Of a stretch of 63,874 bases of DNA, positions 40,272 through 53,091 are shown piece by piece. Both the position numbers and the translations under genes were made by a program. The DNA comes from Chiloscyllium plagiosum (lineage: Eukaryota): assembly GCF_004010195.1 (NCBI RefSeq), contig NC_057718.1, positions 25,676,796 to 25,740,669 on the forward strand, given 5' to 3'. Within the stretch, counting starts at the first letter, position 1. Each line of letters begins with the position of its first letter. A model generated the notes under the pieces. The model worked only from the letters and a program-made list of their open reading frames with translations. It made no database searches and was not told where the DNA came from.

Positions 40272-40625
40272 ACCTGTCCACTGGCCATCCTGCTCTGATT
40301 TGGGTCTCCGATCCACTGGCCATCCTGCTCCGGGACTCCAGTCTGCTGGCCATCCCACTCTGGTCTGGGACTCCAGTCCACTGGCCTTTCTGCTCCGGGA
40401 TTCCAGTCTATGTCCATCCCACTCCAAGATACCAATCCATTGGCCATCATGCTCCAGGACTCCAGTCCACTGGCCTTTCCGCTCCGGGATTCCAGTCTAT
40501 GTCCATCCCACTACAGGACTCGAGTGCACTGGCCATCCTGCTCCAGGACTCCCCAGTCCATTAGCCATCGCATTCCACTCCGGAACTCCAATCTATTGGC
40601 CGCCCCAATCTGTGCTGGGAGTCCA
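40272..40625 (+). repeat. About 30-bp minisatellite with an 89-bp higher-order unit
   Basis: Unit ccagtccactggccatcctgctccgggact, with measured periods 30, 35, 29, 30, 30, 29, 30. Confidence 0.85.
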
Positions 40626-42562
40626 GCCCGCTCCCTTCGGGTCTTCAGCTGCACCGATGATGTCATCATCTCTCCAAGATAAGTTTTTTTTGAAAAAAGA
40701 GAGAATATCAAGAAAATAAAGAAAAAGGCAGATAGAATAATTACTAATTCATATTGTTTCTATTGTCTTTATCCAGTAATTACCGAGTCAGTCCCCTAAA
40801 CTGAGGAGATTCTTAATCTCCTGGTTATATTTTTCTTTATTTCCCCCACACGACCACTTAACAGCATTAGTGCTTATATTTTCCCCAGCATTCATGATGT
40901 GTGTGTGCAGGTGTGAGACAGTGAAAGACAACAGGTGTACAAATCTTTATTCATTTTGTACTTTTTAAAATTAATTTAGAGATCAATTGGCCTTCTGCTC
41001 ATGATAAGGTATGAATTTTGACAGTCATGAATTTCAGCCCCTCAAAAATAATATCCATGTAATAGTTGACCCCATAAATTTAATCTTAAAAAGTAGTCTG
41101 CACAATTTGCCTTTTACAGGCATATATACAATATATTTAATTGCTGTGACTTAATTTGATGCCACCCATATGACTCTGATCAGAACAGATATCTGATGTT
41201 AAATGCAGAAAACTGAGCCAGCGTTCAAGAGAGAGAGTTATTTCCTAATCAATCTGTTCAGAAATGTTTTGGCATACGTCTGGGGCAAGTGAGACTTGAA
41301 CCCAGTTCAAAATTAAGGATACTAACACTGTACAACTTGAGCCCTTCCAGTAAAGTGTATTGAACACAGTGAAAGCTATATCATCTGCTCTTCCATTGCT
41401 TTGAAATTCACCTCACTGGCGAATGGTGCAGAGGTGAGGATTGAAACCAAAATATGAAGCAGAAATAACCAGGAAATGTCAAGAAACTGGCAAGGTATAG
41501 TTTTTTTTTCCCAGCTCACTTTAAACTATCACCTGCTACTAATAATGAAAAATAAAATCATATCCTCAGCAATGTTGAACCCATTTTTATATCAAATGTT
41601 TCCATTCTTTGGTATATTGCATAGAAGTCATTTGGAATAGGATAGAAGCACTGTGAGAAAATATTCCTCAATTCATCAATTTGCATTTATCCTAATATTA
41701 ACTATCAGAGTTGATGGATGAAGTCTAGTTCCCTGAGATTCTATTAGCTTAAGATACAGATTACACTGTTCAGCTGAGCAAAATTCATTGTTTAAAGAAG
41801 GTCTTGGGAATTCAATTTGTAAAATTGAAAAAAATGAAACGCATAAATACTTTGGAATAAATCCAGATTTTTGTTTCCAAATTTACCGCGATTGGAATAA
41901 GTTACACCATATAACACCATACTTATTTTCTTCATTTTATTGGCAGATTTTTATATTTTACATGTGGTTTTATTTAAAGAACTGACATAGATGAATGCAG
42001 TTTGAGTGTTTCTGCTGGTTCCAGCATGTAGTAATTTATTCTGTGAGAGTGAATTGCTCCTGGGCCTATTGTCAATAAGTACTTGGCCAATACTAATAAA
42101 CCCCAACTTTACGATTGTTCAGTAGCATGACTCACTCAAGTAGCAGGCTTAGATCATCCGATTTTCTTTCAGCTGTCCTTATTTTCCAATCGGTGTTCCC
42201 GACATTTCAGTGAAACTCTGTAGCCAGCATGTCCAAATCTTGTTTATTGATGTTAAATAAATAAACCTCTTACAATTTTGGATGATCTTCTACCAGCAAT
42301 ATTAATGCCACTTAGGAACACTGGATATGTAAATACTGGAGCAAATGAGAGTGTACTGTTGAGCGTCTTGAAGTTGACATTTTAATGCCACATTTTTTTT
42401 GCTGGGAGCATTAAAATAAATTCCACTGATTAAAGTCCAGTTTTTATGGGAGGGGTTTCTTTGTTTTTCCCTTTCCCACTGACATCATTTTCTTAGTTCT
42501 GATGTTTACAAACATCAAAAACCAAAGAGGGTGAGAAAGATGGAATTCGATGGGTCCGTCAA

Positions 42563-42900
42563 GGGGGGGCATGGTGGTGCATTGGTTGCAGTGCTGCCTC
42601 CCAGCACCAGGGACCCGGTTCAATTCCAGCCTCGGACAGTGAGTCTGTGTGGAGTTTGCACATTCTCTCCCTGTCTGTGTAGGTTTCCTCCAGGTGCTCT
42701 GGTTTCCTCCCACAATCCAAAGATGTGCAGGTTAGGTGGATTGGCCATGCTTATTTGTCCATAGTGTTCAGGGATGGGTAGGTTAGGTGCATTATAGTCA
42801 GGGATAAATATGGAGTAATGTGTTTGGGTAAGAGATTCTTCAGAGGATTGGTGTGGACGTTTGGGCCGAAGGGCCTGTTTCCACACTGTGGGGATTATAA
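42563..42900 (+). mobile_element. HE1-type SINE
   Basis: A and B boxes, core and tail. Confidence 0.92.
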
Positions 42901-45802
42901 GATCTCCCCTTAAACTTGAGTGAGGAAGATGACTTCACAATGGTATATCACTCGCCGGTTGTAGTGGTGTGGCTGATTAGCTGGAAGCAGCAGACATGAG
43001 TCTTCAGCAGGGTCTTGGGGCTGTGAATGGTTGGAACCTGGCCAAATATGACAACAGTGCATGGCTGGCTGTACCTTAATGGTATCAACTAGAAGGTGGG
43101 AATGCTCAACTCTGCCAATCCCAGCAGCAGAATTGAACCAACACCCCCTCCACTCACCATCCCAATGCCTCAAGCAACATAAACACCAGGTGGCACAGGA
43201 AGGAGGGTATGGGAACCTGTCCCTGTGACTGTGGGATGGGTCTCAAAATAGGCTCATGTGACCCCCAGGCAGTATAAAAATGGCTGGATAAAAGACTGTA
43301 GCTCTGTTGAAAAGCAAGTGACCAGGAAGGTGGGATCTGAGTTCAGTGAGAAAGAAGTATAAAGTTACAGTCACCACTTCCATCTTGTAAGGGAACTGAT
43401 TGATGAGAGCTGGCCACACTGAGAACTGATAGTTACTGGGGGTTCTAACAAATGTGTCAGATCCTCACCATCACCACACTCCTTGACTCCATGAAATCTC
43501 TTTCTCAATACCCACAATCTAGTTTTCACCTCCACTGCACAATACATTTCCACCCACGTGAAATTTGATTTTAACTCCCTCCCATATGATCTGATTTTCA
43601 CATCTCCATGACTTGATTTGTGTGAACTATATTTGCGATCCACTGTTCAATCCCATCCTCGATTTCAATCTAAGATGTGATTGGATCTTTAAATCCCACA
43701 ACCCCCATCCTCACCCCCACCCCCAGTTCCTCACAAGATCTCCATTCCCACCTCCAATCCCAACGGCTTGCAAAGTTTCCTGCAGTTCCCAGTTGTGGTT
43801 GTCTACTGCAGCCGTCATTGTTATCAGCTTGATAGCCCACCAAACTCTCTGACTGCCTGAGAGAGTTTGGTGGGCTATCAAATGTTGCCGTAACATTCAG
43901 CAGAACCTTCACCAACTCCCCCCGCCCCCCCCACCCACCATTTCATGTCCTCCCAAACACTGAAAATCATCCCACAACCTGTACATAATGGAGCAAATGT
44001 TCCTGCCCCATCTGAACACTAAGATAAGTGAAAATGGAAATTCTGAGCCACCCCAGGCATTTTTTTGGCACACGACACCAATATTAACTGTAAAGTAAGA
44101 ATCAGAAGTAAAAATCCTATATTGATATGTCTGTTTAAATCAGTCGATCAATGGGCATTTTTTTTTCCCAGTTTAAAATGTTTGAGGCTGTTATGTTTTC
44201 AAAACATGTCTCATTTATATCACTGCTACATTTTTTCTAGCCAAGTTATGAAGCTTAATAACAGTAAATATGCAAATGTAAACAGCAGTCTAAATGAGCT
44301 TGTCACTTATTGACTGAACGCAATCCAACTGCTCAACTTTCCATCATAATTCCCATTTGTTTCCCTCACAGAAACATATTGGCTAGCCTCTTAAACCCAG
44401 TTTTAATTAACACCACAGTTGACTTACCTGGTAATTTATGCTGCAAGTTTGCTTTCCTTTATGCCATGCATCCACGTTTTAAATTGTGTCCCCTGGTATT
44501 TGAGCCCTTTGCAAAAGGGGATAATTTGTCTGATGAGCTTTTCTGATCTTCTTCAAATAATCAAGCAAACCTGAGCTCGCTTGTCTTGAAGTCTCTTCAG
44601 ATTAACTGTGATATTCCCTATGCACTCAACGACTCGATTGTTGTGAATTTAATAAAGGCAACATACTGTATATTTCCCAGGTAGAAATGTTTTTTTAAAA
44701 AATGTAAATTTCCTTTTCATTACTTTCCTCTCTGTTATGTCTAGATGATGTGGGTTAGTACTTGAGTGAGAATCCACTGCTTTAACCTCATGGGTTCAAG
44801 ATCATAAATATCTGTGATTTTCACTTTCCATTTTCCAAGAGCAGGCATGGTGCCATCTAATTTCAGAGGCCATTATAAATGCAAATTGCTGTTTCAAGTG
44901 GGAAAATATCAGTAGATTTCTTAGTAATTTATTGGAGAGGTATTCAACAATAGAAACATGCTAGAATCATAGAAATGGCAAGCTACACCTGCAGCATTTA
45001 AACGAGGAGAATAAATGGTATGTTTTTCTCCTTTCTCTTCTCGGTCTGACGTATTTTGTCTTCATTTTGTTTCTCTCACTATAACTGCTGTCATCACAAT
45101 AGTGAAAGACTTCAGATAAAACTACAGAACTTCTGCAGCTATTTTGAGTGACAGCTGATGTGAATTTTGCCTCCAGCAGAGTATCTTTATCCAATTTGGC
45201 AATGCTTACTTTATCTCCCACAACATTAGAGACTAGGCAGGAATAGTGTGGTATTCAAAGATCCAGCATACATTCATTACAGTTCACTCACAGACACAAA
45301 TATTACATTCACAGGCGCATCAACATCTGAGCATGTATTAAGCATTTTGATTACAGAGAGCAGTATCTTTTCCTTAGTGTAACATGCTTTAGTGATCTCA
45401 ATTAAGGTGGCTTCTGCAATCTTAAGGTGGAGTCTGCAATCTGTTCTGTGATCAGGTGACAAGCTGGGATGCAGTGATGTATCATGAGCATGTCATACTG
45501 ATACACTGATCATGAGACATAACATAACATTCCCCTTTTTTCCAAAGATAAAAGATTATCCCAAACAGAAGTACATAGTTGTACATAAGCACATGTTGTC
45601 ATTTCAATAATTATGCTAAACAGGTAAAGCAGTTTACAAGATTAACATTTCAAACTTCAATGTAGAACTTTGGATATTTGGCAACTCATCTTCCCCTGTC
45701 TGGATAGGTCTGCATTGTTATCTATTGCACTTGCTTTATGATGTTTTGTTGCTTTGAGAAATCACTTGTTGCTGTTTGCTGTCACCCAATATCATGACAC
45801 AA

Positions 45803-46095
45803 TGGGTAGCAAGGTGGTTCAGTGGTTAGCGCTGCTGCCTCACAGTGCCAGGGAACCGGGTTCAATTCCCGCTTCGGGCAACTGTCAATGTGGAGTTTGC
45901 ACATTCTCCTCGTGTCTGTGTGGGTTTCCTGCCACAGTCTAAAGATGTGCAGGTTAGGCGAATTGGCCATGCTAAATTGCACATAGTGTTAGGTGCATTA
46001 GTCAGGGGTAAATACAGGGAAATGGGTCTGGGTGGGTTACTCTTCGAAGGACTTGTTGGGGCGAAGGGCCTGTTTCCATACTGTAGTGAATCTAA
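45803..46095 (+). mobile_element. HE1-type SINE
   Basis: A and B boxes, core and tail. Confidence 0.92.
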
Positions 46096-46361
46096 TACAG
46101 TATAATTACCATTGTCACAGTGCTCCTCCTCACATGTACATGATTGGTGTGTATACATTAGTCTGAGCAGGGTTGTGTCCCTTGCTGGACAGCTTTTATG
46201 TTAATGTGACAAAACATCTGATATAGATTTGGTGCACTGCACTGATCATAACAATAATCTTGACTGCATCTAAAGTGTGTACGGCAAACCTTTTCTTAAC
46301 CAGCACCTATGGGACCAGGAGTGTGCCAGATGATCAAATATTCCAATTGATCAAGAGTTCC

Positions 46362-47102
46362 CGGATGTAGGTTTGCTCACTGATCTAGAAGGTTTGTTTT
46401 CAGATGTTTTCATCACCATATTCGGTTAAATCATCAGTGAGCCTCTAGATAGAGCATATGGTGGCATGGGGGCTCACTTTCTATTTATGTGTTTAGGTTT
46501 CCTTGGGTTGGTGATGTAATTTCTGGTGGTGATGTAATTTCCTGTGGTGATGTCATTTCCTTTTATTTTTCTCAGGGAGTGGTAAATGGGGTCCAAATTG
46601 ATGTGTTTGTTGATAAAGATCCGGTTACAATGCCATGCTTCTAGGAATTCTCGTGCGAATCTCTGTTTGGCTTGTCCTAGGATGGATGTGTTGTCCCCGT
46701 CAAAGTGGTGTCCTTCCTCATCCATATGTAAGGATACTAGTGAGAGTGGGTCATGTCTTTTTGTGGCTCGTTGATACTCATGTATCCTGGTGGCTAGTTT
46801 CCTGCCTGTGTTTGTTACAGTTCTTGCAAGGTTTTTTTGTAAATGACATTAGTTTCCCTTGTTGTCCATATAGACCACCCTCTGAGAAAAATAACAGGAA
46901 ATAACGTCACTACAGGAAATTATGTCACCAACCAAGGAATCCTAAACACATAAATAGAAAGTAGGCCATGCCACCAGTGCTTCACCCGGAGGTTCACTGA
47001 TGATGTTACCTAGTATGGTGACGAAACGTCTGAAAATGAACCTTCCAGCTCAACGAGAAAACCTACAGCCTGAGCTACAATTCTTCTCAAAGCCCACTAA
47101 GC
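46362..47102. mobile_element. Penelope-like element: GIY-YIG endonuclease C-terminus (minus strand) with inverted pLTR copy
   Basis: ORF 46474-46725 (HHFDGDNTSILGQAKQRFAREFLEAWH...INKHINLDPIY). 46362-46585 is an inverted repeat of 46868-47070. TSD tcaagagttcc / tcaagacttcc. Confidence 0.9.
46991..47034 (+). ncRNA. Minimal type I hammerhead ribozyme motif (PLE type)
   Basis: ttca-CTGATGA-t-gttacc tagtat ggtgac-GAAA-cg-TC-tgaa: full core, 6-bp stem II, stem I ttca/tgaa, palindromic ACGT at stem III. Confidence 0.75.
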
Positions 47103-47394
47103 TCAAGACTTCCACATAATCAATGCCAAAACATACACAAGGTAATAGGAATATAATGAAGGGGGTATACGGATCACTGTTATACGTTATTTACAGCATG
47201 AGCCACACAAATAAATAAAAATTAACAGCAGAGATCTTTCTCACTCGCATCCTCAACTGACTACTTGCACATCACAGAGATCATGATAATACAGTAAACC
47301 TCTGGTATTTGTGGTATATAACATTTGCTGGTTTATTGATAGTGCTGGGTTATTAGGAGCCAGTTAAAACAAAGTTTGTTGTAATTGTCGGAGT

Positions 47395-47492
47395 TGATTA
47401 CTGCAGATGCTGGAATCTATACTGAAAACAAAAAGTGCTGAAGCTCATAGCAGGTCAGGTAACATTCATGGAGACAAAGCAAGCTAACGTTC
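47395..47492 (-). mobile_element. PLE pLTR remnant
   Basis: actgcagatgctggaatct...agcaggtcagg...gctaacgtt. Confidence 0.55.
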
Positions 47493-50477
47493 TTAAATAA
47501 TGCATCAGTTATGAAGTTCCTTTATGTGCCCTAAAGACTTTAACACTTGTAGAAGCAATGACTAATACTTCCTTCAGAAAAAACTATACTCATGCACTCT
47601 GCTACAGCATCTTCCAACAACCTTGTCAAGAGATCTTGTCTTGCTGTATGTTATGAGTTGGAGTTTGCAAACCTTGAAGTTAATTCTTACCTTGAGCTGA
47701 CCTTGGTTAATTTTGCAGATTTCGTTTGGATCTTTTTGATTGCTTTGGAAACTCTGGATGTATTGATACTGTAAGGCCCCTTCTTGCTATTGACAAACAG
47801 AATTTTCAGAGTTTTTTTCTCAGAATGATCTATCACTTTCTCTGCAAAGTAGAACTGCATATATTGTTTGAATACTTGTAGTTCAGTAATGATATCAATG
47901 CCTAATCTGGAAATGTTTGCCGACCAATACACTCTGCAGTTTTGAGCTTTCTTTTAGAAGTAGAGTGCAATACTGTTTTTGATTATTTCCTTACTAGCTT
48001 TGCTTCTCTCTCATTTTATGTTTCTCTTTTCTGCTGCTGTTCTCCTTTATTATTCTTGCTGGTGATCACCGCTGCCCTTTCGGGCGTTATTTTAGGAGCC
48101 ACACACTTACAGTTTAAAAATTGGAAGCAATTGCAGGTCTTTGCCCTTATGTGACATTCATGCCAACAAAAGTGTGATGATGTCACACATTTTTTTAAAA
48201 TATTGAGATCATTTTGAAGGAAGAAAAGAAAACGAACCATGTTTTGGACATAGGTAAGACTTTTTTCTTTAGAAACTGTTTTACTATTGTTTTAGAATGT
48301 GTAATTTCTTATGGCAGAGCTTTGTAACTTTACTATCAGGATCATTCAAATTCCTTTTCTGAAAATAAAAACTACAGGTGCTTGAGTTTTGATTTTTAAG
48401 AGGGGCAGATTTGAAGTCTTTACTGTCTCAGTACAGCTTTGTAACCTTCAGCCTTGCAATCTCAGTTCTTTTATGCTGAAATAAAGTGCTGTTAGAAATA
48501 TCTTCTGTCTTGAAGGGAATTGATATTTAATCGAAAGAAAGTGACTCTATGTTCTGGTTAGTCAATGCAGTAGCTATATTGTCTGGCATTCTGCACTCAC
48601 AGAAGATTCTGCTGCTGATTATCTGAATTATTTGGTGTCCAGTGCTATCATGTAGTTGATCTTGGAATATTTTACTTCTAACAGATGGCCACACTTACTA
48701 GCCATGATGTGGGTTTAGCTTCCAGCAAGGTGTTTTTTTTATTAATGTGGCAATGCTTATGTTACCTCTCATAGCATCCGAAAGTAGGCCCAGATGAATG
48801 TGATATTGAAAGATCCAACAGATGTTTATTACAGCGTGTTAATACATAGAAATATCAGATTCACAGGTTGATCAGTATCTGGGCTTCTTAAACTTCTTAA
48901 TTTTAATGAGCAGTATGCTGCCATTAGTATGTCATTCTGTAAGTTATCTATGTCTGGATGGAGTATGCAATAAATAATACACCAGGATACATGCTATAAT
49001 ACACTGATATTGTCATGAACTTGTCTCTTAAAGGCATACTGTGTGTCTTAAAAATATACTGATCATGAAACGATATCAGCAATGTTTCATTTGGCAGCAT
49101 TTTTACTTCTACTTTATAAGGTTCTAGGTTCAAGTCCCACTCTGTGAGATAAGTGCTTTAAGATGTCCAAAAATCACAAAAGGTACAATAGAAATGTAAA
49201 TCTTTTTTGTTTCATTGGAGGAAATTTACTACCACACTGAAAGCTAGATAAGATCAGCTTCTGTTGTGCTCAGACCCAGCAAAACTAGAAAGCAAAAGGA
49301 ATTGGTGCAAATCAAATTGCTGAAGGACCTACAAAGGAAATAGATGAGAAAAATCTGACAGTGGAACAGAAACACCTCACTTTAATTATAGTACATTCAC
49401 TGTTCAGGTAGTAGTCTAAATTATTCAATATGTTCAAATCACTTACTTCTAGAGATACAGCAGCAAACAGAATAAGAAAGAAAAAGCATTTACTTAAGGA
49501 GACAGTATTTGTTTTGAATTTCTTTTAATAGCAGAAATTCAACAGATAAAATAAAATTCCATTGAAGAGAACATCTCTCATTTCTGCTGTACTGCCAAAC
49601 ATCCTCTATTTTGCTATCAGGCTTAGTAACAGATTGACCCATTCATCATTACATCAGTAAAACACAGAGCTGGCATCATTCTGCAAAACAGAAATCGACG
49701 CTGTTTATGTGCAGACTACAGTGTTCCAAGATTTTCTAGTAAAGATGTGCTTGACTTGACCCAGTAATCAATAATTTATACTCCAGCATTGGTTGTTCTG
49801 TATTGTGTTAATTAGCAGAACCACATGAATACAGGCAGTTGGAAATTTAACAGAACTACTAAATGTTTCATAATACAATAAAAGCAAATTTCTCTTGTAT
49901 GGCACTTTTTAAAAAAGTTTGTAATACAAGGCAAAGGAAAAGGATGTTACAGACAGCTTTTCTCAGATGTAACAAGAGTGCAGTACAAAAGAGTTCTAAT
50001 ATGACAAGTATTGCTGTATTGCCCGATTGACGATAGCATGAGGCCACTTATCCCACCTGCCACTTTACCCACCTACCACCACCTGGCAAAATAGCACCTA
50101 CCCACCCATGTGAACACAAATTCTATTCACTGAATTGTCCACTCACCCATTCAATAATGTTCATGTATTCAGCCATTCCCTGCCATTCACACTGAACATT
50201 TGAACTTAACTTACATCAGCTAATGTTGTGAAAAGAAAATAAATCTTTTCCCCTTCAACTCCAAAGCTACTTTGATATGATGGGGCTCATTGTGGGACCA
50301 TATGCTCTGCATTTTTGAAGTAGCCACACTGGGAAGATCTACCCAGAAATGCAGACTTGCATCAGGATGCAGAAATTTAGGAGCCGAGAGGCAATCTAAC
50401 GATGATTCCTGCTTCACAGAAGATTTGGCAAGTACAAAGTAGGGAGATATGTTAAATGTTTATGAATCACTTGCAAT

Positions 50478-52385
50478 ATAGAGTCATAGAGATGTACAGC
50501 ATGGAAATAGACCCTTTGGTCCAACTTAGCCAAGATGACCAGATATCCCAACCCAATCCATTCCCACCTTCCAGCACACAGCCCATATACCTCCAAACCC
50601 TTCCTATTCATATACCCATCCAAATGCTTTTTAAATGCAGCAATTGTACCAGCCTCCACCACTTCCTCTGATAGCTCATTCCATACACGTAAAACCCTCT
50701 GCATGAAAAAGTTGCCCCTTAGGTCTCTTTTATATCTTTCCCCTCTCACTCTAAACATATGCCATCTAGTTCTGGACTCCCCACCCCAGGGAAAATACTT
50801 TGTCTATTTATCCTATCCATGTCCCTCATGAGTTTATAAACATCTATAAGGTCACCCCTCAGCCTCCGACGCTCCTGGGAAAACAGCCCGAGCCTATTCA
50901 ACCTCTCCCTATAGTTCAAATCCTCCAACCCTGGCAAAACTGTAGTAAATCTTTTCTGAATCCTTTCAAGTTTCACGACACCTCTCCAATAGGAAGGAGA
51001 CCAGTATTGCACGCAATATTCCAACAGTGGCCTAACCAACATGACCTCCCAACTTCTGTACTCAATACTCTGACCAATAAAGGAAATCATACCAAACGCC
51101 TCCTACGCTATCCTATCTACTTGCGACTTCACTTTCAAGGAGCTATGAACCTGCAATCCAAGGTCTCTTTGTTCAGTAACACTTGCTAGGTGTATACGCC
51201 CTGCTAAGATTTGCTTTCCCGAAATGCAGCACCTCACATTTATCTAAATTAAACTCCATCTGCCACTTCTTAGCCCATTGGCCCATCTGGTCCAGATCCT
51301 GTTGTAATCTGAGGTAACCTTCTTCGCTGTCCACTGCACCTCCAATTTTGGTGTCATTTGCAAGCTTACTAACTAGATGTCTTATGCTCATATCCAAATC
51401 ATTTATGTAAATGATGAAAAGTATTTGTACCAGCACCCATCCTTGTGGCACTCCACTGGTCACAGGTCTCCAGTCTGAAATACAACCATCCACCACCACC
51501 CTCTGTCTTCTACCTTTGAGCCAGTTCTGGATCCAAATGGGTAGTTCTCCCTGTATTCCATGATATCTAACCTTGCTAACCATTCTCCCCTGGGGAACCT
51601 TTTCGAACGCCTTACCAAAGTCCATATAGATCACATCTACTGTTCTGCCCTCATAAATCCTCTTTGTTACTTCTTCAAAAAACTCAATCAAGTTTGTGAG
51701 ACATGATTTCCCTTGCACAAAGCAATGTTGACTATCCCTAGTCAGTCCTTGCCTTTCCAAATACATGTACAATCTGTCCTGCAGGATTCCTTCCAACAAC
51801 ATGCCCACCACTGAGGTCAGGCTCACTGGTCTGTAGTTCCCTGGCTTGTCCTTACCACCCTTCTTAAACTGTGGCACCACAATAGCCAACCTCCAGCCTT
51901 CCAGTATTTCACCTGTGACTATCGATGATACAGATATCTCAGCAAGAGGCCCAGGAATCACTTCCCTAGCTTCCCAGAGAGTTCTAGAGTACACCTGATC
52001 AGGTCCTGGGGATTTATCCACCTCCATGCATTTCAAGATATCCAGCACTTCCTCCTCTGTAATATGGACATTTCTCAAGATGTCACCATCTATTTCCCTC
52101 TCGTCTATACCTTCCATGTCCTTTTCCACAGTAAATACTGATACAAAATACTCGATTCATACCTCCCCTATTTTCTGTGGCTCCACACAAAGGTCGCCTT
52201 GCTGCTCTTTGAGGGGCACTATTCTCTCCCTTGTTACCCTTTTGTCCTTAATGTATTTGTAAAAACCCTTTTGGATTCTCTTTAACTCTGTTTGCCAAAG
52301 CTATCTCATGGTCCCTTTTTGCCTTCCTGATTTCCCTCTTAAGTATATTCCTACTGCCTTTATACTTCTCCAAGGATTCTCTTGA
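50478..52385 (-). mobile_element. CR1 LINE, 5'-truncated (RT region and 3'UTR)
   Basis: 318-aa ORF 51173-52129 with RT motifs. The catalytic FADD is mutated to LAND and frameshifts follow. Confidence 0.95.
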
Positions 52386-52444
52386 TAAGTGTATGGTGTC
52401 AATTTCATGCGCAGCATCAAAGCTTTGAGAAAAATGTAAGCAAG

Positions 52445-52626
52445 AGGCTAGAAGAGCACAGCAAACCAGGCAGCATCAGGAGGTGGAGGAGTTGATGTTA
52501 CAGATACACCCTTTACACCCAAAACGTCAACTTCTCCACCTCCTGATGCTGCCTGGTTTGCTGTGCTCTTCCAGCCTCCTGTTTGCCTACCTTGTTTTCC
52601 AGCATCTGCAGATTTTTTAGTCTCTA
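52445..52626. mobile_element. Foldback mini-PLE with about 21-bp TSD
   Basis: Inverted arms at about 52445-52500 and 52520-52580. TSD tttgagaaaaatgtaagcaag (52424-52444) / tttgagaaaattgtaggcaag (52627-52647). Confidence 0.8.
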
Positions 52627-52895
52627 TTTGAGAAAATTGTAGGCAAGTTTTACTGAAATTATATAAATGTGTGGGTCTTCATTTTAATGGAGAGACTAGA
52701 GAATCTGGGATAAGTTCGTACAGCAGAAAAGGTTCAGGGCAATTAAATTAGTGTTTTCAAAATCACATTACATTTGGATCAATTAATGCAGGGGGTACTC
52801 AGGTTTAGGATGATTGACTAAACGAGGAGAAATAAAGAAGATATTTCTGTGCACGCAGTTGTTGTGGTCTGGAATACACTATCTAAGAAAATAGT

Positions 52896-53091
52896 AGTCA
52901 TGATTTGGAGACGCCGGTTTTGGACTGGGGTGTGCAAAGTTAAAAATCACACAACACCAGGTTATAGTCCAACAGGTTTAATTGGAAGCACACTAGCTTT
53001 CGGAGTGCCTGATGAAGGAGCGGCGTTCTGAAAGCTAGTGTGCTTTCAATTAAACCTGTTGGACTATAACCTGGTGTTGTGTGATTTTTAA
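52896..53091. mobile_element. Foldback mini-PLE with 68-bp arms, hammerhead core and 13-bp TSD, inside an old CR1 3' remnant (about 52680-53240)
   Basis: Arms at 52938-53005 and 53026-53093. Motif CTGATGA-a-ggagc ggc gttct-GAAA-gc-TA-gtg. TSD ctaagaaaatagt at 52883-52895 and 53092-53104. Confidence 0.85.

Larger units (their letters stand above)
46282..47381. mobile_element. Tc1/mariner (Tigger/pogo-like) MITE hosting a Penelope insertion
   Basis: TA-flanked imperfect TIRs: ta|cggcaaaccttttcttaaccagcaccta and taggagccagttaaaacaaagtttgttg|ta. Confidence 0.6.

Noticed and set aside
40151..40719. Overlapping repetitive ORFs, or a CRISPR-like array
   Set aside because: Units are adjacent diverged tandem copies with no unique spacers, there are no cas genes, and the context is eukaryotic.
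45470..45760. Possible Gypsy polypurine tract/LTR junction (aaaaaaggggaa|tgtt on the minus strand)
   Set aside because: Only a short motif. No second terminus or convincing pol translation.
47687..47932. 81-aa minus-strand ORF ending at a gtaag donor
   Set aside because: Poor acceptor and no recognisable homology.
51173..52129. 318-aa reverse transcriptase ORF as an active or domesticated gene
   Set aside because: Catalytic motif mutated (LAND), frameshifts on both sides, 5' truncated. An ordinary CR1 relic.
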